Of a stretch of 64,000 nucleotides of DNA, positions 24,885-37,418 are shown one piece after another. Positions within the stretch are counted from its first letter, which is position 1; each line of letters starts with the position of its first letter. The position numbers were made by a program, and so were the translations under genes. Below the pieces are notes generated by a model. The model saw only the letters and a program-made list of their open reading frames with translations. It was not told where the DNA came from and did not search any database. Source of the stretch: Octopus sinensis (Eukaryota); assembly GCF_006345805.1 (NCBI RefSeq), contig NC_043006.1, positions 55,242,001 through 55,306,000 of the forward strand. Reading direction: 5' to 3'.

Positions 24885-25874
24885 AAGTCAACAGTTGAGA
24901 TTCAAAGAAGCTCAATGTAGAACACGTATAGCGGTTCTCAAATGGTTTCAATTTACATTCTGAAGTTTTTATTGAAGACTAAACCCGCGGGGTAAAGAGT
25001 GGTTGTAAGAGAAATTCGGGTGAGCTGATATAGATATAGTGATGTAGATAAATACGCTTGGACTTGGTTTATAAAATATACATACATACATATATACATG
25101 TAAATATATATATATATATATATATAGGGGTACATATATATATAGAAAGGGAAACAAAAACTGAAAATATTCCGAAGATGAACACTCATGTATAAGCATA
25201 TAGATATTTATATATTTACAAAATAACAATATAGAAAACTAAAGGGAGAAGGCACAGTTTTAAAAGTTCGACAGTTGTTTCTGGCGCTTCGGAATTACGT
25301 AATAATTGTAAAGTTCATAATTGGCACATGGAGTGTGCAAAACTTCAAGGATATGCAACTATTAGAAGATGTATTACATTACTGTAACAACGGACATTTT
25401 CGTCAAGGTGGAAAAATCAGCAAAGAGCAGTTCACGTCATTGTGTTGAAACATTTTGAGAAGGAAAGGATGGTGCTTAATTTCTCTCTGTCTGTAGAATT
25501 TTAATCGATCACTTATAGGATCGATTAATATGCATGATTACTGCTATGCAGAATTTTGGTATTTGCGAATTTCTCTGAACCATGCGTAAGCTGATTAAAG
25601 AATGTATAATTCTCCATTCCTCTGTGTTTTCTTCTATACTCTGTGACTTCATACTAAATTTATTCTGTGTATGAAGTTTGGATTTGGAAACTGGGCAGGA
25701 AACGGCAAGAAATTTTACAACCAGCATGGAATACAATTGCTTTCACAAGACAATTAATTAGTTAGCCAAGTTTGATACCTACACAATGCTTACAAAGTAT
25801 TCACCTGGATTTTAAATCCCTTTTTCATTTACACCGACACACACACGCACCGATACACCGACACACACACACAC

Positions 25875-25920
<46 letters not shown>

Positions 25921-26008
25921 TAATAATATAATAATAATAATAAAACGAAAATACAAAATTCACCACTTTTATGAAGAGAGATATTTTAATCAAATATGTT
26001 GAAGGAAA

Positions 26009-27290
26009 TTACGTAAGAGCTTTTGGATAATCAGCATTCTTTGTTTCCTGGTTTGGAACATAGACAAATAAGTCTTGCAAACTACTAACCCTGGAGCAAC
26101 CAACATTACTAACCCCGGAGCAACCAACATAAAGCTGAGCACAAGAAAAGCAAGGCTCAATTAAGTGCAAGCCAGTAAATTTTAAAGTCTGACATTGGGC
26201 TTTATGAATAAACATTGCGAAGTAAAGTAGCACTGGGAATTGTGTTCGTTAGAACTCAAATGGCATGTCTGCTGGTTTGACTGGAAGTCTTGGAATGGAA
26301 ACCTCCAAGGTACATCCAGTGATGATGGTAGCTTCTATCACATTAGGTGGTAATGTCTTCATAATCATACTTGTCCCATTGCATAATTTAGGAGGATCTA
26401 AATTTTTCAGAAGCATTATTAGGACTCCTACTTTCAGAAAAAGTTTAAATGGAGGAGTTCCAGGTGGCTCAAGAGAATTAAGGAACTCTGTTAGGTAATG
26501 GACAGCTTGCTTTTCATCAAGAACTGAATAACCTGATTTGTACTCCTTAATGACTGCTGGAATCTTATTCATTAATTCATAGTTAATTCTTGCTACTGTC
26601 TCATTTTTGGAGCAAGAATTTCCCCTTTCACACAACCGTTTATGTGAATTGTGGAGACACATGGCCTAGTGGTTAGAGCAGCTGACTCGCGGTCGAGGGT
26701 CGCGTGTTCGAATCTCAGACCGGGTGATGTGTGTGTTTATGAGCGAAACACCTAAGCTTCATGCGGCTCCGGCAGAAGGCAATGGCGAACTTCTACTGAC
26801 TCTTCCGCCACAACTTTCTCCCACTCTTTCCTCCTGCATCTTGCAGCTCACATGCGACGGACCGGCATCTCGCTCATGTTGGAAACCTATACGCCAAGGA
26901 AACCGGGAAACCGGCCCTTATGAGCCAGACATGGCTTCAGAAGGAACAAACAATTTATGTGAATTATAATTGTTACTTGAGTCTTGAAATATCCTGTTCT
27001 TCAATTCAGCTGGGGAATTCACCATGGTAGCAATATTAGCCAAATTGATAGCACCATTCCCATCAAATGATACTTTCCTTTTTCCTAGTTGGAGGATCCA
27101 GGTTGAAAACTGTTCTACACATTGGTCCCCGTGTAATAAGCTCGCATGTTAGTGGTGAAGGGGAATTTCTTTACTTTATTCTATTTTATCAGAACTTTAT
27201 TTATTTCATCAGATCTTGTCTGAAGTCTTCTGATAAAACAAGCGTAACTCCTCCCGTAGATTTATTGTTGACTCGTCCGTCTCTTTTACA
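26009..27290 (-). pseudogene. Helitron PIF1-like helicase C-terminal fragment, split by a SINE
   Basis: GGVTLVLSEDFRQ; TTNMR; LCER..SKNETV; EFLNSLEPPGTPP..LKVG..MLL.NLDP..LCNGT; IPRL; QFPV..FAM.IHKAQCQTL; QLYVGCS. Confidence 0.9.
26651..26953 (+). mobile_element. Full-length tRNA-derived SINE with a 12-bp TSD
   Basis: A and B boxes; TSD TTTATGTGAATT at 26639-26650 and 26954-26965; the helicase homology rejoins across it. Confidence 0.92.
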
Positions 27291-27303
27291 TATGTATATG
27301 TCC

Positions 27304-27860
<557 letters not shown>

Positions 27861-28602
27861 CTATGCAATATCTGTCTCTATCATGAATGTAAAACAGTAA
27901 TCTATTTGTTCTACCCTCAAATAATTGATGTCACAATAAAAATTGCAGAGTTTTAAGCGAGTCTTATTGTCCAATATGTTTGATAGCTATACTTTAGAAA
28001 TCCCTTATTTGACTATGAAAACAATGTTGTTATTATGCACATGAATAGCTTTTTCTCAACTGAAATCGGATTAAACCGGAGGATGTATAGCTGTTTGTGT
28101 ATTAAATTGTCTTTCATATACTGAAATGATATAGAAAAATAAAGAAAAAGAAGAATCTTAATTTGAATATGTTTTGTTAATGATTCAGGATTGCTAATGC
28201 TATAGGAAAAATTATGTATTGGGATAACTACATTTATGTTTTTGCGGTGGATCGAACAAAACAAATATTTCATTTCTATTCTTACGGTTCAATGTAATAC
28301 AATTTTCAATAAAATCATCTTCTATATAGAGCTATCTTATAATATATGGAAGAATTCTTAACGATCATTTGCAAAGTTGCTTGTTAGTATAAGTAATCCA
28401 TACCTGACTGAAGTTTTAATAATGATCCTCGGGTGGATAAATTGTTTGTGTATACAGTTTATGGTTTCATTGGGTTTACGGAATGAGTAGTGACCGTTAG
28501 TATGGTGTTACTGGCAGCTAAGAAATGAATAGTACTAAGTTCTTAGAAGAGTGTAAATTTTTTTCAATTAATGCCGTGGATTACATGATAATCTATTCAT
28601 AC

Positions 28603-28770
28603 GTAGGCGTAGGAGTGGCTGTGTGGTAAGTAACTTGCTTACGAACCACATGGTTTCGGGTTTAGTCCCACTGCGTGGTACCTTGGGCAAGACTCTCCTA
28701 CTATAGCTTCGGGCCGACCAAACCCGTGTGAATGGATTTGGTAGACGGAAACTGAAAGAAGCCCGTCGTG

Positions 28771-28841
<71 letters not shown>

Positions 28842-29025
28842 CTGTGTTTCACCCCCCCAACACCGATGCTGGTGTGTTTACGTCCCCGTAACTTAACGGT
28901 TCGGCAAAAGAGACCGATAGAATAAGTACTAGGCTTACAAAGAATAAGTCCTGGGGTCGATTTGCTCGACTAAAGGCGGTGCTCCAGCATGGCCTCAGTC
29001 ACATGGCTGAAACATGTAAAAGAGT
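28603..29025 (+). mobile_element. Long tRNA-derived CORE-like SINE with an internal (TA)/(GT) microsatellite
   Basis: GTGGCTGTGTGGTAAG head, CTTGGGCAAG core, 3' part GGGGTCGATTTGCTCGACTAAAGGCGGTGCTCCAGCATGGCC. Confidence 0.85.
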
Positions 29026-29544
29026 AAAAAAAGAGTATACGTAGATATATATGCTGATTTTCGCAAATATGGATATAAATGTTGAGGTTTGCGAATCCCT
29101 ATTAAATGCTTGTACTTGTATATATATCCTATTTTTCTGGAATATCAGTTTGTAATATTCCATTGTGCTATTCTTTTCTCGGATCATACTGTACTCAAGA
29201 TATATAGGAATTAATGTACGAAAACATCTTTTTTACTTGCTGGGTTTAAAAGTAAGGTGTGGTGTCCATGGCCTTTGTGAGCTTCCCAAACAGGCGCGAT
29301 TGATGACATTACTGTTCCTTTTGAAACTTTCCAAGTCAAAACGTGCGGGAAAGATATGAATTGAGAGGGAATTCCAGATGTTTTGGAAAAGAAAGGCTGG
29401 AAGTTGCAATTAGTGTGATGCCTGGAGTGTTGTATGCAACAAGAATTATGAAAAAGGGAGGGCTGAGCAGGACAGAAACGACCGCGTGGAGGCGGCATGA
29501 GCTCAGCCAGTTCTGAGGAGCAGATGCTGTTATGACTGGGTACT

Positions 29545-29850
29545 CCATCGGTTTCGATGACGAGTGTTTCAGTTGATTCGATCAACGGAACAGCCTGCCC
29601 GTGGAATTAACGTACCCTTAATTAACGTACAAGTGGCTGAGCACTCTAAAAACACACATACTCTTAACATTGTTCTCAAGGAGATTTAGCGTGATACACT
29701 GAATGCGACAAAGTCGGCCCATTGAATTGCAGGTACAACCTATTTTTGTCAGCTGAGTGAACTGGAGCAACATAAAATAAAGTGTCTTGCTCAAGGACAA
29801 AACACGTTTCCCGGGATCAACCTCATAACTTCCCACAAAGGCCGTTATAG
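29545..29850 (-). mobile_element. CORE-like SINE
   Basis: Minus strand TGTCCTTGAGCAAGACACTT; body shared with 39935-40200. Confidence 0.8.
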
Positions 29851-29860
29851 TAGTGGTAAA

Positions 29861-29908
<48 letters not shown>

Positions 29909-30187
29909 CACTTTGCCTTTGGGCCAAAAGTTAGAGTGTGTCTGTAAGTGAAATTATGCCAGTCGATCCAGTAGACCTTTTCTGGACGTTGTCCACTATG
30001 GCTGTGTATGAAGTAGCAGTACCTTCCCAGATTTGAGAAAAATATTCTTGAGAGGACCTCAACCTGAGCTTTGCGTAGAATTAACAATTTCTAAGGGCTG
30101 AAGTATGGTTTGGTCCTGAAGTAAAGTGTCAGTCCATGGGGTGTGATCCTAGCTATGCTAAGGATGTATGTATGTATGCATGTATGT

Positions 30188-30335
30188 AATTTAAACAATC
30201 AGAAAATGGAGATAACTTTTGATCAACAGACAAACAAACTGGATCACATCGGTTGATTTTTTAAAAATAATCAACCGATGTGGTTCAATTTGTTTGCTGA
30301 TCAAAAGCGTTCTCCATTTCCTGATTATTTAAATT
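30188..30335. mobile_element. ~150-bp imperfect palindrome (MITE-like)
   Basis: AATTTAAACAATCAG...CACATCGGTTGATT pairs with AATCAACCGATGTG...CTGATTATTTAAATT. Confidence 0.7.
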
Positions 30336-30524
30336 TGATTTTCTGATAAATTTTTGTTTATTATGTTGTTACCTGTACATTATGCGCATAGTGTGTCTGC
30401 ATACACATGCACATGGATAGCAGAAGTAATTTATACCGATAGTAAATATAGATACTATTATCCCTTAGACGGTTACTACAACCGCTAACTCTGCTTACCT
30501 TATATATATATATATATATTATAT

Positions 30525-30583
<59 letters not shown>

Positions 30584-30595
30584 TAAGTCTAAGTT

Positions 30596-30627
<32 letters not shown>

Positions 30628-30642
30628 TATGTATATATTATG

Positions 30643-30686
<44 letters not shown>

Positions 30687-30769
30687 ATATATATATATAT
30701 ATATATGTATATATAATATATGTATATCTTCGAAAAACCTATTGTTTTTTTATATATATGCTCACTTCC

Positions 30770-30925
30770 TCCATCAGATCGTCCTTACCTGTTTAGGTGC
30801 AACGAGTGCCACATGTCAGGGGTCGAAATGATCGCAGAAATGAAGTGCTTTGCTCAAGAACACAACGCATCACCCAGTCTGGGAATCGAACCCACGATCT
30901 CGCAATCGTGAGTGCAACACCCTGG
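30770..30925 (-). mobile_element. tRNA-derived SINE fragment
   Basis: Minus strand GGGTTCGATTCCCAGACTGGGTGATGCGTTGTGTTCTTGAGCAAAGCACTTCATTTC. Confidence 0.8.
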
Positions 30926-31151
30926 CACAGTGAAGATTTGTAAGACATTCCCAAAATTCTACTTCTGAAAGTCCTATGTGAATAGATGCACACACCTGGG
31001 TATATGTATCCACCGTTCAACCAACACACTAACTCACCCACGTATTTACAAACAGCTGGAACTCTCTTAACTCAAAAAGTCTTGTCGCTTTATTTAGCGA
31101 CCGGCTTGAACAGTCTCAAAAACTTAAATAAAACTCAAAGAAAAATCATAG

Positions 31152-31225
31152 TACATGCATACATACATACATACATACATACATACATACATACATACAT
31201 ACATGCATACATACATACATACATG

Positions 31226-31256
<31 letters not shown>

Positions 31257-31676
31257 GCATACATACATACATACATACATACATACATACATGCATACAT
31301 ACATACATACATACATACATACATGCATACATACATACATACATACATACATACATACATACATACATACATACATGCATGCATACATACATACATACAT
31401 ACATACATACATACATACATGCATGCATACATGCATGCATACATACATACATACATACATACATACATACATGCATGCATACATACATGCATGCATACAT
31501 ACATACATACATGCATACATACATACATACATGCATACATACATACAGGCATACATACATACATACATACATACATACATGCATACATACATACATACAT
31601 ACATACATACATACATACATACATACATACATACATGCATACATACATACATACATACATACATACATACATACAT
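31152..31676. repeat. ~520-bp (ATAC)n microsatellite with ATGC interruptions
   Basis: Direct; source of the 170-237 aa artefact ORFs. Confidence 0.97.
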
Positions 31677-31988
31677 TCTATCACAAACCTGCCACTTAAT
31701 GAGGCATTTTAAATTTGATAGCGAACGCTTTTGTCTTCCTCTTGCTTCTCTTAATCGTCGTTCTTTTGTTTAAAGGATAACAGCTGAAAGATTTATTTTT
31801 TCGTCCCTTCTCTTTCTTCCTTAGCTGTAATTACCTATGTTGTTTTCTTTTTTCACTTTTTCTACGATTTTTCACTCTTGTCTGACTGTTTGTTTTCCTG
31901 TCTCCTTTGCTTTGTAATCAGTACTCGTTTTGTTTGTGAGATTTTTATCTGCATATACGCCCCCCCTCTCTCTCTCTTTATATATATG

Positions 31989-32070
<82 letters not shown>

Positions 32071-32329
32071 ATATATAATATATATATATATAAAGATCCA
32101 GGAATCGAGGTGTAGGACGAAAGTTATCTTCAAGCCATCCGTAGTAAATATAAAACACAACTTCCAGGAAAAATAGTGGTTAATAAACCACTATTGTTTC
32201 TGGAAGGTTGTAGATCTTTTTCGTATCAAAGTACGATGAACTGAAAAAATTCTTTTTATATTTTACGGTTGGCGATCAGGGTTGCCGGGTATGCGAATAA
32301 GAATACAAGAGTTAAGGAATGGGGTAGAT

Positions 32330-33310
32330 AAAATCCAGGCTACATATATTTCATAGCGAGCGGAACCTCGGAAGTGGTAAATATTCAAGCGAGGTGTATA
32401 TCGCAGACTACTCTTCAGGCCAAGGGTATCTTGATTAAATGAAAGTTTATATTGTCACAAGGAGGTACATGTTTACACATGGAAGATTCAATCAGAATGT
32501 GTAGAGAGCTCAGTAGGAGTGGAGAATATAAATGTAGAGAGAAATTAGAAACAAAAGAAGGAAAAAAGAAAAAGAACGTAAGGGAGTGAGAGGGACGAGG
32601 AATTTAAGTAAGGTCAATTGACCGGTAGTATTAAATAAGGCTGTTTTAACCGATTCACAGAAATTAGCAAGGGAAGTGGTATTTGAAAAAAAAAAATAGA
32701 TGTGGAGGGAAGAGGATGGAAAAATATTTATGGTCAAAGGGGAGAAAAATGTCTGCATGAAGAAACCAAGAGAGAATGGGGAAGAATCGTAGCGGCTACT
32801 ACTGGCTTACAGTTGAGGAATGTATATTGCGTGCGGTAAGCATGTTTGCTGTATGAAGTAGTAGGTGTATATTGGCTTATGTACTTGTAAGTTTACGAAG
32901 AGGGGTAGGCAGGGGAAATGAGAGAAAATTTTTTTTATAATGGTACTGAAAAATACAGAGAGAAGTATATAAATGATAATAATTAAAGGAAAGATATATT
33001 TTTGGTTTAATATATAGTGGTAGTGAGGGTAAATAAGAGGGAAAGTTTATGAAAGTTAGAGGAAAGACAGCAGAGTGGAGTTGTTGACATTTGTATTTTG
33101 AGAATATATTTAGTGATCGATGTTTGCAGGTAGAAATTATACTGCTGCATTCATTAAGACAATCCGTAGATCGCAAAATAGCCAAGACCACGGCTATGCA
33201 GAAATCACACTTGTTATTATAGTTGCTGTATGGTTTGGCGTGGGTGGCTATGGACCACTTGAGGGATATAAGGGGTTCTTCCGCTTGACCATATATATTT
33301 CTTACCCTCT
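32330..33310 (-). mobile_element. Penelope-like element 3' end (GIY-YIG C-terminus plus pLTR), inverted
   Basis: KYIWS..SLKWSIATHAKPYSNYNNKCDFCIAVVLAIL..LNECSSIISTCKHR; 32330-32670 is an inverted homologue of 33500-33845. Confidence 0.8.
32338..32421 (-). ncRNA. Minimal type I hammerhead motif with a long stem II loop
   Basis: GGC-CTGAAGA-GTAG...CTAT-GAAA-TATATG-TA-GCC; core intact, GUA triplet. Confidence 0.7.
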
Positions 33311-33319
33311 TCCTTCTAC

Positions 33320-33850
33320 ATCTTTTTTTTCAAATATCACTCCCCTTGCTAATTTCTGTGAGTCGGTCAAAACGGCCCTATTAACCTTGCTTAAATTCCT
33401 CATTCTCTCTTGCTCTCCTCATGTACACTTATTTCTACCCTTTGATCAAAAATATTTTCCCACCCTCTTCCCTCCACATTATCTTTATCAAAATCCACTC
33501 TCCTTGCTGGTTTCTGTCGTTCGACTAAAAGAACCCTATTGAATACTACCGGTCAATTGACCTGGCTTAAATTCCTCATTCCTCTCATTCCCTTATGTAT
33601 TTTTACTTACTTCCTTGTTTTCATCCTTATTTCTCTTTACATTTATATTCTCCACTCCTACTGGGCTCTCTACATATTCTGATTGAATCTTTCATGTGTA
33701 AACATGTACATCCTTGCGACGATATAATCTTTCACTTAATGAATATATCTTTGGCCTGAAGAGTAGCCTGCGGTATAGACCTCGCTTGTATATTTACCAC
33801 TTCCGAGATTCCGCTTGCAATTAAACATATGTAACCCGGATCTTTTCTAT
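33320..33850 (+). repeat. PLE pseudo-LTR, sense copy with an internal partial duplication
   Basis: Homologous to 32330-32760; 33330-33410 is partly repeated at 33490-33580. Confidence 0.75.
33753..33836 (+). ncRNA. Hammerhead-like motif, degraded partner of 32338-32421
   Basis: GGC-CTGAAGA-GTAG...TT-AAACATATGTA-ACC; palindromic stem III ACATATGT intact, G12 lost. Confidence 0.55.
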
Positions 33851-33872
33851 TCCATTCTTTAAGTCTTATATA

Positions 33873-33918
<46 letters not shown>

Positions 33919-34078
33919 TGTGTCTATACATACATATATAAGTTAGAGGTGTTGGAAACCTCTAAGGGATGGTTAAAACCAAAGACGCTCCTGGTGATTA
34001 CCTGCGTAGGAATAGTCCTTGGTGAAATGTGTTCGGTTGCAGGTAATTTAGCGGGTACAAAAGGACTCCCCTAACTCT

Positions 34079-35646
34079 TTTGATATCACTATGGGAGCCC
34101 CAGATTCAGCACACGTTACTTATCTGGTGGGCATTTATTTGCTATCATACATACAGGAAGAATTCCCAGAACGACGCGCTTTTTATAAATAACATTCAAA
34201 TAGGAAACTAGAGCTTATCAAAAAAAAAACTACACAAATTCTTTAAAAGATTTGGACTATCTATTTCTACAGAAAAGGAACACAACTACATTAACTACTT
34301 AGACGCAAACTGAAATCTAGCCACAGGACACCACGAACCCTATATAAAACCCAACACTAACCTCAAATACATAAACGCATCCAGTAACCACCCAAACTTT
34401 ATTAAGAGAGGCTTAGTACATAGTATTAGCAATAGAATATCACGCCTCTCTTCCAAACAACATATTTTAGTAAGCATAAGGAAATCTATAATATCGCACT
34501 AGATAAAGCAAGATTTAAACAAAAAATTAAAACCTAGACCCCAATCACTATACAAATAACCTAAATAACAGAAATCCACACGATAATACCAGTAACACTA
34601 ACCACATACCAAACGTCACTACAAACTACACCAATAAGAACAGCATAGATAAGCTCAACAAAAATAATAGCAATAGAAACAATGTTAAGTCCCATACACA
34701 AATCACCAATAATATTGCAATCAACGACAACATGAATACCAACAATGTGATAATAAAATTAACAACATTAACAAGGCTAATAATACGAATTATAAAAATA
34801 AGTTGAAAAATAATAATAGTTATAATAAGAATAATATAAACCTACACATCGATAAGAATAAAAATAATGAGCCCCAAAGAACAAAGATAAACCCTGTTAA
34901 ACACCATAGCACCAGGTCATTGAGTCCACATAAACCATACAGAAATAGCCCCAATAAAACAGACAGGAGCTACAGTAAAGATAAACCCAATTATAGGAAT
35001 AAACTCGATAGCCATAACTATAATTTCACACGCCTTACATACAATGAGGGTGGTTTCTATACCAGACATAGCAATACCAACAATATATGTAATAGTGATA
35101 AGATCTGGCTCGTAATCCCTTTCGCTACACACCTCAAATCCAACATAGTTCGCTCATTACTGAAACTAGTAGATAAACACTTAACGTAAATAATAAATAT
35201 GCAACAATAAAATTAGAGTAGGCCACAGCCTGACTAGTAACCTAGCTACGATCATAGCCTCCATTAATAATAAAAAAACTAGAACATTCTATGAAGCTAA
35301 GAAAATTAGGAACAATAAATCTAACAACCAACCAGTCTAATAGAACAAATCATACCACTAATCAAGCGCCTCCTAGTTACACAAACAAAGACCAGAGTAG
35401 TAATAGCGCCCCACAACACAACACGAACATAGATATACCTAATAATTTATGTGGCTGCAGGGATAGAAGTAAGTTCTACTTCTCTGATAGATGTAAGACT
35501 AAAAACGTAGTTTACCAATGTGACGTATACACAAATAGCCATATAAAATCCTATATAGGCGGCACGAAAAACGAAATGGTACTTAGGTACAACGCTCACT
35601 AATCTAGCTTCAGAAATAGGAGTAAGGCAAATTCAACAGCGCTTAG
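34079..35646 (+). pseudogene. Penelope-like element RT plus GIY-YIG (Naiad-like motif set), decayed
   Basis: FDITMGAPDSAHVTYLVGIYLL; INYLDA; PYIKPNTNLKYINASSNHP; IWLVIPF; CGCR..CKTKNVVYQCDV..SYIGGT..RYNAH.SSFR..STALS. Confidence 0.88.
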
Positions 35647-36060
35647 TCCCAACCCCAACTCGCTTTACACACCCCATAATAAATAATTTTACATCTACAC
35701 AGGGCTTCTTCCATTACTACGAACTTCCTACAACTTTAGGGCCTAAAGACACATAATTTCCTTACTCACACCGGACTGAGTAATCCGGATAGAGTTAGCC
35801 CTCTTTTCACCATAAGTTAGAGTTAAACCCCTTTCTTTACACCGCCGGTGAAAAGTCTAGCCTGAATAAACATGTGGAAAATACGCGGTTATTTAAACTT
35901 GGGACTACAGATCAAATTAACCTCCATCCTACATCCACTTCGCAGCAGAATTATCAACTAAGAAATCTACTATAATGCAAGACTCACCATTCTTTGTCTT
36001 TATTCTCGTTACCAATGTATCCATATGTCTTTCGCACTTCTTACCTCTACATATGACTCC

Positions 36061-36114
36061 ACATTCTGATGATCTCTACCACTACAACTGGTAAACTGAA
36101 ACGATCGTAAATGT
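36061..36114 (+). ncRNA. Minimal type I hammerhead motif with a fully intact core
   Basis: ACATT-CTGATGA-(tctcTACCActacaacTGGTAaact)-GAAA-CGATCG-TA-AATGT; 5-bp stem I, palindromic stem III, base of stem II mismatched. Confidence 0.75.
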
Positions 36115-36266
36115 ACTATTACTACTACTTTTCTTTATTAATTAATTAAATTAATGGCTTACAAGCGCAAACGACCAACTTCTTCTTGTTATTTTCCCTC
36201 CATTTTTTTCTTGCATACATACATACATACATACATACATACATACATACATACATACATACATAA

Positions 36267-36339
<73 letters not shown>

Positions 36340-36538
36340 ACCGCGCCATGTTGGACCGCCGAAATCTACAAGTTTTTTCAATTCTGTCTCTGTTTATTTT
36401 CCCTTATTCCTTTGTGTTGAAAAGCGTAGGGTCGAAACGTAAAAGACTTTTTCATTTTTCCCGAGCATCAAACTAATAAACTTGCTTATTGTTCATACAT
36501 ATATATTCGTCTTATGTGTTTTTTTTTTAATAAATTTC

Positions 36539-36607
<69 letters not shown>

Positions 36608-36704
36608 TTCAGCATAGCCAAAAGCATTTAGAAAAATTCTTTGCTACCAGTGGTCTAGCGAGAAGAAAAAACTAGTCAACAGACTATATATTATTCATAT
36701 AAAA

Positions 36705-37140
36705 ATACAGTGTACATTTAAACACATAACACATAACAGGACATCTGACTCGCTAAAAAGAGTAGTTAAACTCTAAACCACTATTAGGGGTAATTTCGAA
36801 AGGGAATGAAAAATAAAAACATTTACCCTTTACTTCCTGTACCATGCATGGTCTCAAGCAATCTTTGGTAAATAAAATAATTTACATTGGCGAAGCTATC
36901 GTCAGCAGGAAAGCCGAGATTAACATATAAAAACGAGGCGATACAGAACATGCCTCGTGTTTATATGTTATAACTTTTCAAAATCCACCGCGCACGCGCG
37001 GTTATTTTTCGGCAGCAAATACAAAAATGCAGATCTTCTTTCAAAATTAGCCAAATAGTGGTTTAGAGTTTAACTACTCTTTCTAGCGAGTCAGATGTCC
37101 TGTTATGGCCATCTCTTATGTGTTTAAATGTACACTGTAT
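36705..37140. repeat. ~85-bp inverted repeat pair (about 36705-36787 and 37054-37140)
   Basis: TACAGTGTACATTTAAACACATAA...CATAACAGGACATCTGACTCGCTA.AAAGAGTAGTTAAACTCTAAACCACTATT is present in both orientations. Confidence 0.85.
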
Positions 37141-37145
37141 ATATA

Positions 37146-37204
<59 letters not shown>

Positions 37205-37325
37205 GCGGCACTAGCACGGAATATGATCTCTCTGATACCGTTAGGTGAAGTGATGTTTTCCAGTGCCTTCAAATTTAATATACAATTATTAATAATTGAG
37301 ATACAACTATTTATGATTGTGGAAT

Positions 37326-37418
37326 CCTACGATGAAGAGACGAAAATAGTCGGGTAAGGTATAATTATTTATTATTTATGCTTTATACTGACTTAATTCC
37401 GAAACGCGCGTCCGTAGG
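37326..37418 (+). ncRNA. Hammerhead-like motif with an extended stem II
   Basis: CCTACG-ATGAAGA-G...CC-GAAA-CGCGCG-TC-CGTAGG; perfect 6-bp stem I, palindromic stem III, GUC triplet, C3 mutated to A. Confidence 0.7.

Noticed and set aside
25310-25460. IGTWSVQNF...ETF.EG resembling the start of an APE endonuclease
   Set aside because: Downstream APE motifs were not found at the expected spacing; too weak to call
29211-29585. 124-aa minus-strand ORF
   Set aside because: It starts inside a SINE and has no recognisable motifs or splice support
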